Assembly: GCA_964549305.1 (NCBI GenBank)
Contig: CAZJVM010000004.1
Location: 13,205 to 77,204, forward strand
Source: an uncultured bacterium
GTDB lineage: Bacteria > Schekmanbacteria > GWA2-38-11 > J061
DNA length: 64,000 nt
Direction of reading: 5' to 3'
Part shown: positions 40,008 through 51,028 of the stretch, in pieces
Layout of the letters: every line of letters begins with the position of its first letter
How positions within the stretch are numbered: the first letter of the stretch is position 1
Notes under the pieces: model-generated
What the model saw: only the letters and a program-made list of their open reading frames with translations
Told to the model about the DNA's origin: nothing
Databases searched by the model: none
Program-made: the position numbers and the translations under genes

Positions 40008-40703
40008 ATGGGTTACTTTACAAAAACGCTTTATTCAGCTTTAAAGCTGATTTTTGAACTTGATAGTGAAACATATATTATAGTCTGGACATCACTGAAA
40101 GTATCCGTCTCTGCCACTTTTTTATCTTCACTCATAGGTATTCCTGCCGGTCTTTTTATCTCTCTTAAACGCTTCAGAGGAAAGCAGTTCATTCATCTTC
40201 TTTTAAATACTCTGATGGCTCTTCCTACTGTTGTTGTAGGGCTTTTCTTTTATGCCCTTTTGAGCAGGCAGGGTCTTTTGGGAAATTTCGGATTTCTGTA
40301 TTCGCAGGCAGGCATCATAATCGGCGAAACATTTCTCGCACTTCCCATAATTGCAAACTACACGGTTTCCGCTGTATCAGGCGCTGACTCGCGCCTTCTT
40401 ACAACCTGCAAATCTCTTGGCGCAACAGCAACTCAGCAGGCAATGTTATTTTTAAAAGAAGCAAGATTTGCAATCGTTGCGGCTGTTGTCGCAGGATTTG
40501 GGCGGGTAATCGCCGAGGTTGGAGTAGCAATGATGCTTGGAGGAAACATAAGGGGATTCACAAGGACAATGACAACTGCAATCGCCCTTCAAACAAGCAA
40601 GGGAGAATTTGAACTCGGGCTTGCTCTCGGAATTATGCTTCTCTCAACTGCATTTGCCGTCAATATCTTTTTATTCTTTTTTCAGAGAAATAAAAATGAG
40701 TGA
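40008..40703 (+). CDS. tupB: Tungstate ABC transporter permease
   Basis: LMALPTVVVGL, GFGRVIAEVG..MMLGGNIRGFTRTMTTAIAL. Confidence 0.93.
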   Translation: MGYFTKTLYSALKLIFELDSETYIIVWTSLKVSVSATFLSSLIGIPAGLFISLKRFRGKQFIHLLLNTLMALPTVVVGLFFYALLSRQGLLGNFGFLYSQAGIIIGETFLALPIIANYTVSAVSGADSRLLTTCKSLGATATQQAMLFLKEARFAIVAAVVAGFGRVIAEVGVAMMLGGNIRGFTRTMTTAIALQTSKGEFELGLALGIMLLSTAFAVNIFLFFFQRNKNE

Positions 40704-41691
40704 TATCTACATATTAAAAAATATCATCTGCAAGTACGGTGAGGAGGTTGTACTAAATATTCCGGCCCTTAAAATTGCGGAAGGAAAAATTACGGCAATC
40801 GTTGGCGCAAACGGTTCGGGGAAAACAACGCTTTTGCGACTCCTGTCCTTTCTTGATTTCCCCTTGTCAGGTGATATTCTGTTTAAAGGAGAAAAGGCGG
40901 AAAAAGAGAATGTATTCGCGTTGAGACGGCGGATTGGACTCCTCCCGCAAAATCCCTATCTTTTTCATTCAACAGTACTTTCCAATGTTGAAACGGGATT
41001 GAAGATAAGAGGCATCCCCTCTGCGGAAAGAAGAAAGCTTGCCGAAGATTCTCTGAAAAAAATCGGACTTTCAGGATTTGAAAAAAGAATGGCTCATAAG
41101 CTTTCGGGCGGTGAGGGACAGAGAGTCGCCCTTGCGAGAACGATTTGCACAAACCCCGAAGTGCTGATTCTCGATGAACCGTCAACTTATATGGACAGAA
41201 ATAATATTATACGTACTGAAAAACTCATCGATGAGTATAACAGGAAGGAAGGCAAAACAGTGGTATTCACCACACAGGATTTACACCGCGCGCAGGCAAC
41301 GGCAGACATAGTACTTACTCTTTTCAGAGGTAATCTCATCACCGCGTCTCTTGCAAATCTCTTCCACGGTAAAATCACAAATAACGGAACAACCTTTGAT
41401 ACGGGAAGGGCAAAAATTGAAATCACCTCACCCAAAGGGGATGAAGGACATCTCAGTATTGACCCCGCAAACATTGTAATATCAACAGAATCTCTCACAT
41501 CAAGTATGAGAAATTCCTTAAGGGGGAGAATCATCGCAGTAATCGAAGAGAGCGGAAAAGTAAGAATTGAAGTTGAAGCAGGAGAAAAGTTCCACGCTTA
41601 TATTACCAAGAAATCTCTCACTCTCCTTAATCTTCATATCGGTGATGAAGCGTGGATATCATTCAAGTCAACAGCAGTTGAGGTTTTTTGA
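40696..41691 (+). CDS. tupC: Tungstate ABC transporter ATPase with C-terminal TOBE domain
   Basis: GANGSGKTT, LSGGEGQRVALAR, LDEP; TOBE SSMRN...ITKKS...L...FKSTAV; ATG 40696 overlaps the tupB end. Confidence 0.9.
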   Translation: MSDIYILKNIICKYGEEVVLNIPALKIAEGKITAIVGANGSGKTTLLRLLSFLDFPLSGDILFKGEKAEKENVFALRRRIGLLPQNPYLFHSTVLSNVETGLKIRGIPSAERRKLAEDSLKKIGLSGFEKRMAHKLSGGEGQRVALARTICTNPEVLILDEPSTYMDRNNIIRTEKLIDEYNRKEGKTVVFTTQDLHRAQATADIVLTLFRGNLITASLANLFHGKITNNGTTFDTGRAKIEITSPKGDEGHLSIDPANIVISTESLTSSMRNSLRGRIIAVIEESGKVRIEVEAGEKFHAYITKKSLTLLNLHIGDEAWISFKSTAVEVF

Positions 41692-41721
41692 GTATTTCCT
41701 TAAAACTCCTGCGATATTTTT

Positions 41722-42396
41722 TCAATCCCTGCCTTTAATACAGGATCTGTATCCTAAATAAATCAGTATAATTCCCGTAAACTCAGTAATGTAGAGCATC
41801 TCAGTATATCCGAAGCGTGTAAATGTTCCGCCTATACCCGGCAGAAAACTTCCTATGGCAATCTCCACATTGCCTAAAAACCTGCTGAAGTGAAGTTCGT
41901 TTTTTCTGTACCGCCACGCAGATAATACAGCGCCTCCCACAAGCAGTACCATCGCGTAGATGTTTATCCAGGGGCTGAAAAGACGCACCCAACTCCAGAC
42001 AATAACCGCGCTGTTTAACCTGTTTGGCTCTACAAGCTCGTAATTAATGGGCGACATTGTAAGAAATAGGGAAGAAATGATGATATAGGGAACAATTATT
42101 CCCGTAAGAATATGAGCCGTTCTCCTTTTAAGTAGAAAATACGCCGTACCCTGCGCAAGAGGCGCACCACCTAAAAACGCTCCCACTATATACCAGCTTT
42201 TAAAAAGCGGCTCATTCCAGCCAAAAAGAGTGACTGACGATTCCGTGAGAGTTCCGAGTCCGAAGGTCAAAATTCCCAGCGACCACCAGAACAGATGAAG
42301 GCCTCCTTTTCTCAAATATCTCTTAAAAACTATGCCTGTAAAAATAAACGAAATTATTGTGGACAATATGGGAATATACGACGCGAGCTCTCTCAA
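41722..42396 (-). CDS. Hypothetical integral membrane protein (about 7 TM)
   Basis: Hydrophobic helices; TTG 42396 follows SD gaggagg. Confidence 0.7.
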   Translation of the reverse strand: MRELASYIPILSTIISFIFTGIVFKRYLRKGGLHLFWWSLGILTFGLGTLTESSVTLFGWNEPLFKSWYIVGAFLGGAPLAQGTAYFLLKRRTAHILTGIIVPYIIISSLFLTMSPINYELVEPNRLNSAVIVWSWVRLFSPWINIYAMVLLVGGAVLSAWRYRKNELHFSRFLGNVEIAIGSFLPGIGGTFTRFGYTEMLYITEFTGIILIYLGYRSCIKGRD

Positions 42397-42618
42397 TTTT
42401 TCATCCTCCTCTTGATTGTTTATCACTGTTATTAATCAGCATCGGACGTATTGAACATATATTTAATTTGTTCAGCTTGCTCTTAGAATGGAATCAGGCA
42501 GGAAAGTCAAGAAAATAAAAAAACCGGAAAAACTATTTCCGGGGAATTGACTATGAAAAGACAAGCATTTATAATTATTTGTAAGCAATCAATACTTTAA
42601 GAGATAGAGGATTTTAAA

Positions 42619-42969
42619 ATGAAAAAAAAATTGTCCGATAAACTTTTCATATTCATCATTACCTGCCTTCTCCTGTTTTTTTCCGCGCTTCCTTTAAGGG
42701 CAGAAACATTCTCTGATTACGGGACATGGGGAAAGACCGGTCTCGTCACGGCAAGTGCCGTAACATCGTTGATTTATTCTCCTTTGAAACTTACTTATGC
42801 TTTTCTGGGAGGTATCACAAGCGGAATGGTGCTTGCCTTTACGGGAGGAAATGCTACGGAAAGCGCCTCGAGAATCGCAAGCCAGGCATCTACGGGAGAC
42901 TGGTATGTACCGCCCGATGTTTTTCTCGGAAGCGAATATCTTGATTTTGTAGGCCCCGACGATAAATAG
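42619..42969 (+). CDS. Hypothetical exported/membrane protein
   Basis: SD gagga, signal peptide ending LRA, Gly/Ala-rich helices. Confidence 0.65.
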   Translation: MKKKLSDKLFIFIITCLLLFFSALPLRAETFSDYGTWGKTGLVTASAVTSLIYSPLKLTYAFLGGITSGMVLAFTGGNATESASRIASQASTGDWYVPPDVFLGSEYLDFVGPDDK

Positions 42970-43099
42970 AAAGCTCACAGGAAAAGCTTCAGCACGGGAC
43001 TTTTCTCAAGCTGTGGCGCATATTGCCTTATGCGCTTCAAAAATTATTTTGCCTTGCAAACATAATCTAAAGAATTTATAAGCAATCCCAAAAAAATCA

Positions 43100-44011
43100 A
43101 TGGACATAGTAAAGACAATTAAAAGCAATTTTTTTAAGATTATTTCTTACGGTCTTTTCGGACTGTTGTGTTTTTTCACGTTTTTTTTCATCAGATTTCC
43201 CTTTGACCTTTTAGTTAAAAACACCATCTCGGCTCTTGAAAGAGAATACAACCTTGATATTTCCGTAAAAGAATCAGGATATTCTTTCCCTTCAGGAATA
43301 AAATTAACGGGTCTTGACATTCGGGATTATGAAGGAAAATCTTTCAGCTATGAAATTGAAAAACTAAAAATCAAATACCCTCTCTCATCCATTTTTTTCA
43401 TCAGGGAAGGATTTGATTTCGATGCAACCGCTTTTGACGGTGAGATATATGGCTCAATCGAATTTGACGAGGATACTATCTTTCTTGACATAAAAACTTC
43501 CGAGGACATTAACCTCCAAAAAACGTTTCCGGAAGTAACGAAAAAGGGATTTTCATTGGCGGGAATGGCTAAAATAAATCTGGAAGGCGATGTAAGTGAA
43601 GAAGATATAAAAACATTTAACGGTTCTGGTAGAGTTGAAATCAGCAAAGGCACCATAAACAATATTTCGCCTCTGCTTCCCGTTATTCCCGTTGAAAAGG
43701 CCATTTTTGAATTTGAATCATCGAGAGGAAGAAATTCCTTTAAAAAAATAGATATTAAAGGCGAAGGTGTTGCAATTAAAGGTCAGGGCAATCTTGATAT
43801 AAGGAAAAAAATCGAAGATACATCCATAAAACTCAAGCTTTTCGGCGAATACGATCCTTCAACGGAAACAGGTAAGGCAATTTCACTTCTCGGATTGAAG
43901 GGCAAAAAAAATATTCCCATCGAGTTAAGCGGACCCCTTCTAAAACCAACGCTAAAAATAGAAGGTAAATCCTTCTGGAATATGCGTTCACGTCAAAGAA
44001 AGAGAAGATAA
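43100..44011 (+). CDS. gspN: Type II secretion system protein N-like (GspN, AsmA-like)
   Basis: N-terminal TM followed by FPFD, beta-rich body, C-terminal IELSGPLLKP as in deltaproteobacterial GspN. Confidence 0.6.
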   Translation: MDIVKTIKSNFFKIISYGLFGLLCFFTFFFIRFPFDLLVKNTISALEREYNLDISVKESGYSFPSGIKLTGLDIRDYEGKSFSYEIEKLKIKYPLSSIFFIREGFDFDATAFDGEIYGSIEFDEDTIFLDIKTSEDINLQKTFPEVTKKGFSLAGMAKINLEGDVSEEDIKTFNGSGRVEISKGTINNISPLLPVIPVEKAIFEFESSRGRNSFKKIDIKGEGVAIKGQGNLDIRKKIEDTSIKLKLFGEYDPSTETGKAISLLGLKGKKNIPIELSGPLLKPTLKIEGKSFWNMRSRQRKRR

Positions 44012-44027
44012 AAGATATCCCCGGAAA

Positions 44028-46757
44028 TCAAAGCTTTTTCGAATATCTCGTAAGGAGCAGAGAGTTGCTTACAACCGAAACCGATGAAAACGCCATTGCA
44101 AGTGCACACCACTGAGGCGGCAATGTGATAGGATAAAAAATGCCTGCGGCAATCGGAATACCGAGAGCATTGTAAAAAAGAGCCCAGAAAAAATTCTGCT
44201 TAATCTTTGTAAGCGTTTTCTTGCCAAGCTTTATCGCCCTATAAACATCAAAAAGGTCGTTTTTCACAAGGACTACTTCTCCCGTCTCCTTCGCTACATC
44301 TGTCCCCGACCCTATGGCAATTCCTATATTCGCCTGTGCAAGCGCGGGAGCATCATTTATTCCGTCACCCACCATCCCCACATAGAACCCTTCGGACTGA
44401 TATTTTTTTACGGCAGTGATTTTATCTTCCGGCAAAACTTCCGCCTCAAAAGAATCTATGCCCACGCTTTCCGCTACGATTGAAGCGATTTTTCTGTTGT
44501 CACCGGAAATCATACAGGTCTTGATTCCCAAAGAATGGAGACTCTCTATCGATTCTTTCGCGTTCTCCTTAACGACATCGGATATTCCGAAAACTCCCGC
44601 GGCTTTTCCGTCTTCAGCCACATATACGAGAGTATTGCCCCGCGCCTGCAGATTTTCCGCATCTGACGCAACGGGAGTTATGTCAACATCGTTTTCTTCC
44701 AGAAAAGCCCGCTTTCCCACAAGTATTTTAGAGTCCCTGATTTTACACCTTACGCCCTTACCGCTTTCTTCCCTGAAAGAGCTTGCGGCAAGAATATCGC
44801 TGTTTTTTTCTTTTCCGAAGTCCACTATCGCGTCTGCGAGAGGATGAGTTGACAGTTTCTCGGCGCTCACTGCCTTTTTCAGCAATTCTTCACCTTCTAT
44901 TCCCGGGGCAACACAGTATTCGGTAACCTTCGGCTCGCCTTTCGTAAGAGTGCCTGTCTTGTCAAATATCACCATCCCAAGCTTTGATATATTTTCAAGT
45001 ATGCTTGCCTTTTTAAACAATATTCCCCTGTTAAGCCCTATCCCGCTGCCAACCATAATGGCAGTGGGGGTTGCAAGTCCCAACGCGCATGGGCAGGCAA
45101 TTACAAGAACGGAAATCATAATTGTAAAGGCAAAAATAAAGGGCATTCCTTTTACAAGGTACCATATGCAGAAACTAATAATGGAAATTGTGACAACAGT
45201 GGGCACAAAATAGTTTGACACGGTGTCGGCAAAGCGCTGTATGGGCGCTTTATCCGCCTGCGCTTCCTGCACCATACTGATTATTTGCGAAAGCACGGTA
45301 TCCCTGCCTATCTTTGTGGTCTTTATTTTAAGATGCCCTGATTTATTTATGGTAGCGCCCGTAACATTGTCGCCTGTCTGTTTCTCCACGGGTATCGACT
45401 CTCCCGATATCATAGATTCATCCACGCTTGACGCGCCTTCCAGAATTTCTCCGTCAACAGGAATTTTTTCACCCGGTTTTACAACGACAATGTCACCTAC
45501 CTTCACATAGGACGCGGGCATTTCCTTTTCTTCTCCGTCAACAATAACTACCGCCCTGTCTGCCTGCAATTCAAGAAGTTTCTTCAGAGCCTGTCCCGCC
45601 TTGCCCTTTGCGCGAGCTTCCATCATTTTCCCCAGAAGAATGAAAGTTAAAAGTTCGGGAGCAACCTCGAACATAAGGTGATGCATAGCACCTCCGGAAC
45701 CGGAAGCCATTTCACCGGACATTCCTTCCATTCCCGTACCTATAAAGAAGAGAATCATCACACTGTAAAAATACGACGCGCTGATTCCAAGTGAAACAAG
45801 AACATCCATATTCGTGGCTTTATTTTTTAAAGAATAATACGCGCCTCGGTAAAAGGGAAATCCCCCCGTAACCTGAACCGCCGTAGCGATTGCAAAGAGA
45901 ATGTAATCCTGAATGCCTCCAAAGGGGCGAAAATCTATGCCAAGCTGAGGCAGATGAACAAGAAGCGCGACTGGGATTGTAAGAAAAGCCGTAAGAAGAA
46001 ACGCTCTTTTTTCCTTATCAGCGGTACTCTTATCTTCACTTTCCTCACCTTCTTCAATGGCGGTATATCCCGCGTTTTTAACAAGACTGAAAATATCCGC
46101 CGGGTTAATTTCGCGGGGGTCATATTCCACAACGCCCTCTTCCATGGGAAAATTCACGGATACATTCTTTATTCCCTGAGCTTTTGCAACGACCTTTTCG
46201 ATTGTTTTTGAGCAATTGACACAACTCATACCCTCAATTTTAAAGCGTATATTTTCGGCATCGCCGGAGTATAGGGAGCGCGCTTCATAACCGAGGTCTT
46301 TAATCTTTGCGATAATCTCCTCTTTCCCGAGAGTTTCGAGGTGTTCCACTGTCAAGGTTTCAAGGGGAAAATTCACCACTGCCCTGCTTACCGCATCAAC
46401 TTTGTTCAAACCTCTTTCGATTGTGCCCGCGCAATTCACGCAGGACATTCCGCCTATTTTAAAAGATGAAGTTGCGGTTTCTCCTCTCTGTTTTTCCTCG
46501 TCATCATCTGTAAAATTGTCTTCTCCGGGCGCGTCACCTGCCGGCGTTTCTCCTGCATTATATCCCTCATTGACGATTGCCTCTCTCATTTTAACTTCAT
46601 CCACAAGACTGTCGTCATAGGAAACACGGGCAAGTTCCTCTTCAAGGGAAACTTCCGCGCCGAGAACTCCTTCGAGTTTACTCAACGCTTTCGTCACAGC
46701 CCGTACGCAATGCTCACAGGACATACCTCCAACCTTTATCCGGCAAGTTTTTTCCAT
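44028..46757 (-). CDS. copA: Cu(I)-exporting P1B-1 ATPase with three N-terminal HMA domains
   Basis: GMSCxxC x3, [27 protein letters not shown] and MAFSS. Confidence 0.96.
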   Translation of the reverse strand: MEKTCRIKVGGMSCEHCVRAVTKALSKLEGVLGAEVSLEEELARVSYDDSLVDEVKMREAIVNEGYNAGETPAGDAPGEDNFTDDDEEKQRGETATSSFKIGGMSCVNCAGTIERGLNKVDAVSRAVVNFPLETLTVEHLETLGKEEIIAKIKDLGYEARSLYSGDAENIRFKIEGMSCVNCSKTIEKVVAKAQGIKNVSVNFPMEEGVVEYDPREINPADIFSLVKNAGYTAIEEGEESEDKSTADKEKRAFLLTAFLTIPVALLVHLPQLGIDFRPFGGIQDYILFAIATAVQVTGGFPFYRGAYYSLKNKATNMDVLVSLGISASYFYSVMILFFIGTGMEGMSGEMASGSGGAMHHLMFEVAPELLTFILLGKMMEARAKGKAGQALKKLLELQADRAVVIVDGEEKEMPASYVKVGDIVVVKPGEKIPVDGEILEGASSVDESMISGESIPVEKQTGDNVTGATINKSGHLKIKTTKIGRDTVLSQIISMVQEAQADKAPIQRFADTVSNYFVPTVVTISIISFCIWYLVKGMPFIFAFTIMISVLVIACPCALGLATPTAIMVGSGIGLNRGILFKKASILENISKLGMVIFDKTGTLTKGEPKVTEYCVAPGIEGEELLKKAVSAEKLSTHPLADAIVDFGKEKNSDILAASSFREESGKGVRCKIRDSKILVGKRAFLEENDVDITPVASDAENLQARGNTLVYVAEDGKAAGVFGISDVVKENAKESIESLHSLGIKTCMISGDNRKIASIVAESVGIDSFEAEVLPEDKITAVKKYQSEGFYVGMVGDGINDAPALAQANIGIAIGSGTDVAKETGEVVLVKNDLFDVYRAIKLGKKTLTKIKQNFFWALFYNALGIPIAAGIFYPITLPPQWCALAMAFSSVSVVSNSLLLTRYSKKL

Positions 46758-46837
46758 AATTTCACCTTAAAAGAAAATTTAACGGCACAATCAAAGAAGC
46801 AAAGGAAAGTTATAATTGACTGCTTCGCAACAAAGAG

Positions 46838-47050
46838 CTATTTCGCTGATGCTTCATATCCCGCTTCGACAATCGCTCCTACTATATTGTCAATACTGTC
46901 AACTGCAGGGTCATAGGAAAATGTCGCTTCCTTTGCATCGAGGTCAACATTGATATCGCCTGCGCTCGCAAATCCCTCTATTGCCTTCTTTACGTGCTTA
47001 ACGCACATCTGACAAGTCATTCCGGTTACTGCAAGTTTTCCCTCTGACAT
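46838..47050 (-). CDS. copZ: Copper chaperone
   Basis: GMTCQMC HMA motif, EAGY. Confidence 0.92.
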   Translation of the reverse strand: MSEGKLAVTGMTCQMCVKHVKKAIEGFASAGDINVDLDAKEATFSYDPAVDSIDNIVGAIVEAGYEASAK

Positions 47051-47112
47051 AATCCTTCTCCTTTTTTAAAGTAATTAAACAATCCCTTCCCTGCATTTTC
47101 CGCAAGGGCTTC

Positions 47113-47382
47113 CTATTTTTTAAACTTGAAAAAAATATTCATTAACTCCTCAATCTTTTCCTTCTCTCTTCCGTCCCGTATTGCATCGGTAACACAGGTT
47201 TCAACGTGTTTTTTAAGGACAATTTTTGCCACATTCGACAGCGCCGAAGTTGCCGCGGAAATTTGAGTCAATATATCTATGCAATATTGCTTTTCATCAA
47301 CCATTTTGCTGATGCCTCTCACCTGCCCTTCGATTTTCTTCAGTCTCGCAATGGCTTTATTTTTGGAAATTTCATCAAGCAT
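47113..47382 (-). CDS. csoR: Copper-sensing repressor CsoR family
   Basis: RLKKIEGQVRGI, YCIDILTQISA, HVETCV (C-H-C ligands). Confidence 0.93.
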   Translation of the reverse strand: MLDEISKNKAIARLKKIEGQVRGISKMVDEKQYCIDILTQISAATSALSNVAKIVLKKHVETCVTDAIRDGREKEKIEELMNIFFKFKK

Positions 47383-47399
47383 TTTAGCTCCTTGTTACC

Positions 47400-47440
47400 A
47401 TACCCTGGTAGGGTATAATTCTTTTTATCTTAATTGTCAA
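47400..47440 (-). promoter_or_regulatory. CsoR operator overlapping a sigma70 promoter
   Basis: ATACCCT-GGT-AGGGTAT palindrome (47400-47416) with C/G tracts; on the minus strand TTGACA-N17-TATACC overlaps it. Confidence 0.88.
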
Positions 47441-47614
47441 GGTGATAAACATGCTAAAATCTTAAATAAATATGGATTATTTCATCTGAAAAAGATATAA
47501 AGCATTAAACCTTAACCTGAAAGAAGGCAATACAGACTGAAGCGGTTATAACTTTTTTTTCTGAAACTGTCTTTCCTAATTTAAATTCATTTAGAACTGA
47601 GCAATGAGTAACTT

Positions 47615-49027
47615 ATGAAAAAATACAAATCCATACTCTGTATATATCCATACAAAAAAGAACTCTCCTCCACAGGTTTTATGCCTCCTTTGGGGCTTGA
47701 AAGCATAGCCACTTCAATAAAGGACCTTTGCGAGGAAATAAACATTATTGATCTTCGCTTCGAAAAAAAAGGGGTTGATTTTTATCTGTCAAAAAAGCCC
47801 GATGCCGTTTTAATAAGCGTTAACTGGTATTATGAAAAAAACAGCACAAAAAAAATAATACGTTCTATTCCCCCTGAAACCTTTACCATCGTAGGCGGGA
47901 GGGAGGCTACGCAAAATGCCGATAAATTTCTCACTGACTGCCCCAACATCGATATTATAGTTAAAGGGGAAGGTGAACAAACAATCAGAGAAATTCTCCT
48001 GAATAAACCGCTGAATGAAATCAAAGGAATAAGCTATCGAAACGGCAAATCAATTGTAAACAATCCGCTGAGAAATATTTCAGAATTGAACCACTTCTAC
48101 GATATTGACAGAAATCTGAGAAACTATAATTACACATTCATAATCGACGGCCTAAACCTCGGACACACTGTTGACGGCATCTTTTCATCACGCGGTTGTC
48201 CTTACAACTGCAAATTTTGCTCATTCAATTTTACTCCCACGGGTGAAAAAATAAAATGGAGAGGAAGAAAACCTGAGGACGTGGTTGAAGAAATCAAAGA
48301 AATTAAATCAAAGACAATAATATTCCTCGATGAAAACTTTACCCACGATACCAAAAGAGTTGAAAGCATATGCGATCTCATAATTGAAAATAAAATTAAA
48401 AAACTTTTCGTTGCCAATGCGAGAATTGAAATTTCAAAAAATCCGGAAGTTTTGTCTAAAATGCACAAAGCAGGTTTCAGAATACTTACTCTTGGTATCG
48501 AATCATCACAGGATCACGTGCTAAAAAACCTCAGAAAAGGGTTCAACAGAAAGCAGTTGGAAGACGCATTCAAAGTGTTTGCAAAATTCAAGATACTAAC
48601 TCACGGATACTTCATTATAGGAAACCCCGGAGAAACAAAAGAGGAAATGCTTGATATTGGCGTTTTTTCGAAAAAAATCGGACTTTACTCCATAGGGGTA
48701 AGCAACCTGAGATGCGCTTCGACAACTCCTCTCTATTCGGAAATAATGAACCTTGACGGATACCATATTGATAAAAAAGAAAGAGTTTATTCGGAAAAGT
48801 ATTCCGTTAAGGACATTAAAAAAATCAGAAAATCTATTTATAAAATTTTCTATACCCCTTCAACTTTCAGAAAAATCTTTCTTTTCTTCGTAGGAAATAA
48901 TTTGCTTACACCAAAACTCTTTTTTAATATTGCCAAATCTTCAGGTACGGCATTTGGACGATATTTACGAAAAAGAAATAGGAAAAAAGAGAAACAATTG
49001 CGAAAAGCTCAGGCAAATTACAATTGA
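47615..49027 (+). CDS. B12-binding radical SAM protein
   Basis: PPLGLESIA, VGG, GEGE, SSRGCPYNCKFC, DENFT, GIES. Confidence 0.88.
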   Translation: MKKYKSILCIYPYKKELSSTGFMPPLGLESIATSIKDLCEEINIIDLRFEKKGVDFYLSKKPDAVLISVNWYYEKNSTKKIIRSIPPETFTIVGGREATQNADKFLTDCPNIDIIVKGEGEQTIREILLNKPLNEIKGISYRNGKSIVNNPLRNISELNHFYDIDRNLRNYNYTFIIDGLNLGHTVDGIFSSRGCPYNCKFCSFNFTPTGEKIKWRGRKPEDVVEEIKEIKSKTIIFLDENFTHDTKRVESICDLIIENKIKKLFVANARIEISKNPEVLSKMHKAGFRILTLGIESSQDHVLKNLRKGFNRKQLEDAFKVFAKFKILTHGYFIIGNPGETKEEMLDIGVFSKKIGLYSIGVSNLRCASTTPLYSEIMNLDGYHIDKKERVYSEKYSVKDIKKIRKSIYKIFYTPSTFRKIFLFFVGNNLLTPKLFFNIAKSSGTAFGRYLRKRNRKKEKQLRKAQANYN

Positions 49028-49188
49028 TTCTCCGCTTTTCACATTTCTGACAGTCTCTAAAAAACATCGCATAATTTTTTTATTCTGCTTTACAAATCAA
49101 ATCTTGTTATATAGAGAATTCATACTTTCTTTACAAAAATAATCTAAATAATTTCAAAAAAAGTTACATAAAAAAGGAGGCAGCAGTT

Positions 49189-50811
49189 ATGCAAAAATTC
49201 TTTGAAAAAAAAGATTTAAAGAGCATCGCGGTTTTCACGGGTACGATACTTTTATCAATCCTTTGCATTATCCCTGTCGTAAAAGCCGAAGTGGAAAGTG
49301 CCGAAATGTCATTCTCCGGACAGGGCAAAAAAGTGGATCTTTCCCTGAAGCAGGCGATTGAAATGGCAGTGGAGCGAAATCTCGATGTAATGTTTGAGCG
49401 TGTCAATCCACTCATAAAACAGCAGGATATAAGAAACGAAAAATCTAGATTCGACCCAAGCTATTATCTTAAATCAAACTTTGAAAAAACAATCAAACCT
49501 ACCGGAACCGACCTTGCAGGTACTCCTACGGCAGTAAACAAAAATTTTAGATGGGATACGGGATTTAAGGGCGAAATAGCAACAGGCACGGATTACAGTC
49601 TCGATTTTACAAATATCAGGCAAAAAACGAACTCCAGCTTTACAAACCTCAATCCAAGTTACACCTCAGAAATCAAACTAAACATAACTCAACCTTTGCT
49701 GAAAGATTTCGGACTGTCCGTAAATAAAACGAATATTGTAATTGCAAACAATAACAGAACAAAATCCGTTCACAAGTTGAAAGATTCAATAATCAGGGTT
49801 GTTTCCGATGTGGAAGAAACATATTGGGATCTTGTTTACAGCCGGAATGACTTGAGAGTTAAGGAACTTTCACTCAAACGCGCCGACGACTTTCTTGAAA
49901 GGACACAGAAACAGGTTGATGTGGGAACCCTTGCTCCTATAGATATCGTTCAGGCCGAGGCTGAAGTAGCAGCAAGAAAGGAAGGCGTTATCGTTGCGGA
50001 AACAAACATAAGGAATGCTGAAGACCGGCTTAAACAGCTTATAAACATTGTCGATGCGGAGGGTTGGGATGTCCAAATCATACCTCTTGACAAACCGCAG
50101 TTTAAGGCAATTCCTATAGACCTCAATGTGACAATCCAAACCGCTCTTTCCAAAAGACCGGACATTAGTCAGGCAAAAATTAGTCTCGAAAACAGCATTA
50201 TCTCCAAGAAGTTCGCCAAAAATCAGCTTCTCCCCACTCTTAATTTCGTGGGCTCTTTCGCAATTAACGGATTGAGCGGACAAAAAAGGCCTTCGAGTTT
50301 CGGCGCACAGGACCCTACTGTTGTCTTTGACCGCTCTGACAATCCGCTGGGCGAAAGTTATGAAGAAACACTCCAGAGAATAGGTACAGGAAATTATTAC
50401 AGTTGGCTTGTGGGAATAGAACTTGACATACCCCTGGGAAACAGGGCAGCAAAAAGCAGATATGTAAAAAGCTCTCTTGAAAACGAACAGGCGGTCATCA
50501 ACCTTAACAATACACGGCAAAAAGCTATCGTAGACATAAGGACGGCAGTGAGAAATGTCCAGACAAATATCAAGCGAATAAACACCACCACAAAAGCTTC
50601 TGAGCTTGCCCGGGAAAAACTCGAAGCAGAGGAAAAGAAGTATGAAGTCGGAATGTCAACTGCGCACGATGTCCTCGAGTTTCAGGAAGATGTTGCAACT
50701 GCTGAAAGCAATAAACTGAAAGCGATAATTGACTACAATAAGTCACTTGTCTCTCTAGATAAGGCAAGCGGCACAACACTTGAAAGCAATCAGCTCGTTT
50801 TTCAGGAATAA
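49189..50811 (+). CDS. TolC family outer membrane efflux protein
   Basis: LSLKQAIEMAVERN, ITQPLLKDFG, RPDI, LLPTLN, IPLGNR, EEKKYEVG. Confidence 0.88.
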   Translation: MQKFFEKKDLKSIAVFTGTILLSILCIIPVVKAEVESAEMSFSGQGKKVDLSLKQAIEMAVERNLDVMFERVNPLIKQQDIRNEKSRFDPSYYLKSNFEKTIKPTGTDLAGTPTAVNKNFRWDTGFKGEIATGTDYSLDFTNIRQKTNSSFTNLNPSYTSEIKLNITQPLLKDFGLSVNKTNIVIANNNRTKSVHKLKDSIIRVVSDVEETYWDLVYSRNDLRVKELSLKRADDFLERTQKQVDVGTLAPIDIVQAEAEVAARKEGVIVAETNIRNAEDRLKQLINIVDAEGWDVQIIPLDKPQFKAIPIDLNVTIQTALSKRPDISQAKISLENSIISKKFAKNQLLPTLNFVGSFAINGLSGQKRPSSFGAQDPTVVFDRSDNPLGESYEETLQRIGTGNYYSWLVGIELDIPLGNRAAKSRYVKSSLENEQAVINLNNTRQKAIVDIRTAVRNVQTNIKRINTTTKASELAREKLEAEEKKYEVGMSTAHDVLEFQEDVATAESNKLKAIIDYNKSLVSLDKASGTTLESNQLVFQE

Positions 50812-50919
50812 GAAAGTTTTTAAGCAGAAGAAATTTCAGGATTAATTTAGATTAGAGGCTTTTTCTGCTCATTGCTTTTATCCCTCTTCTGTGATTATAT
50901 AGCTTCAAGCATAAAAATT

Positions 50920-50966
50920 TGTTCAAAACATGAACTATATTTTTAAAAATGTTCATATTTTGAACA
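50920..50966. promoter_or_regulatory. Paired enhancer-like palindromes upstream of glnA
   Basis: TGTTCAAAACATGAACT (50920-36) and TGTTCATATTTTGAACA (50950-66), centres 30 bp apart, upstream of the sigma54 promoter. Confidence 0.65.
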
Positions 50967-51028
50967 TTATATTAAAAGCACACTATATAATCTTCTGCGA
51001 ATTCAATGACTTATAAATTATCACTTCT

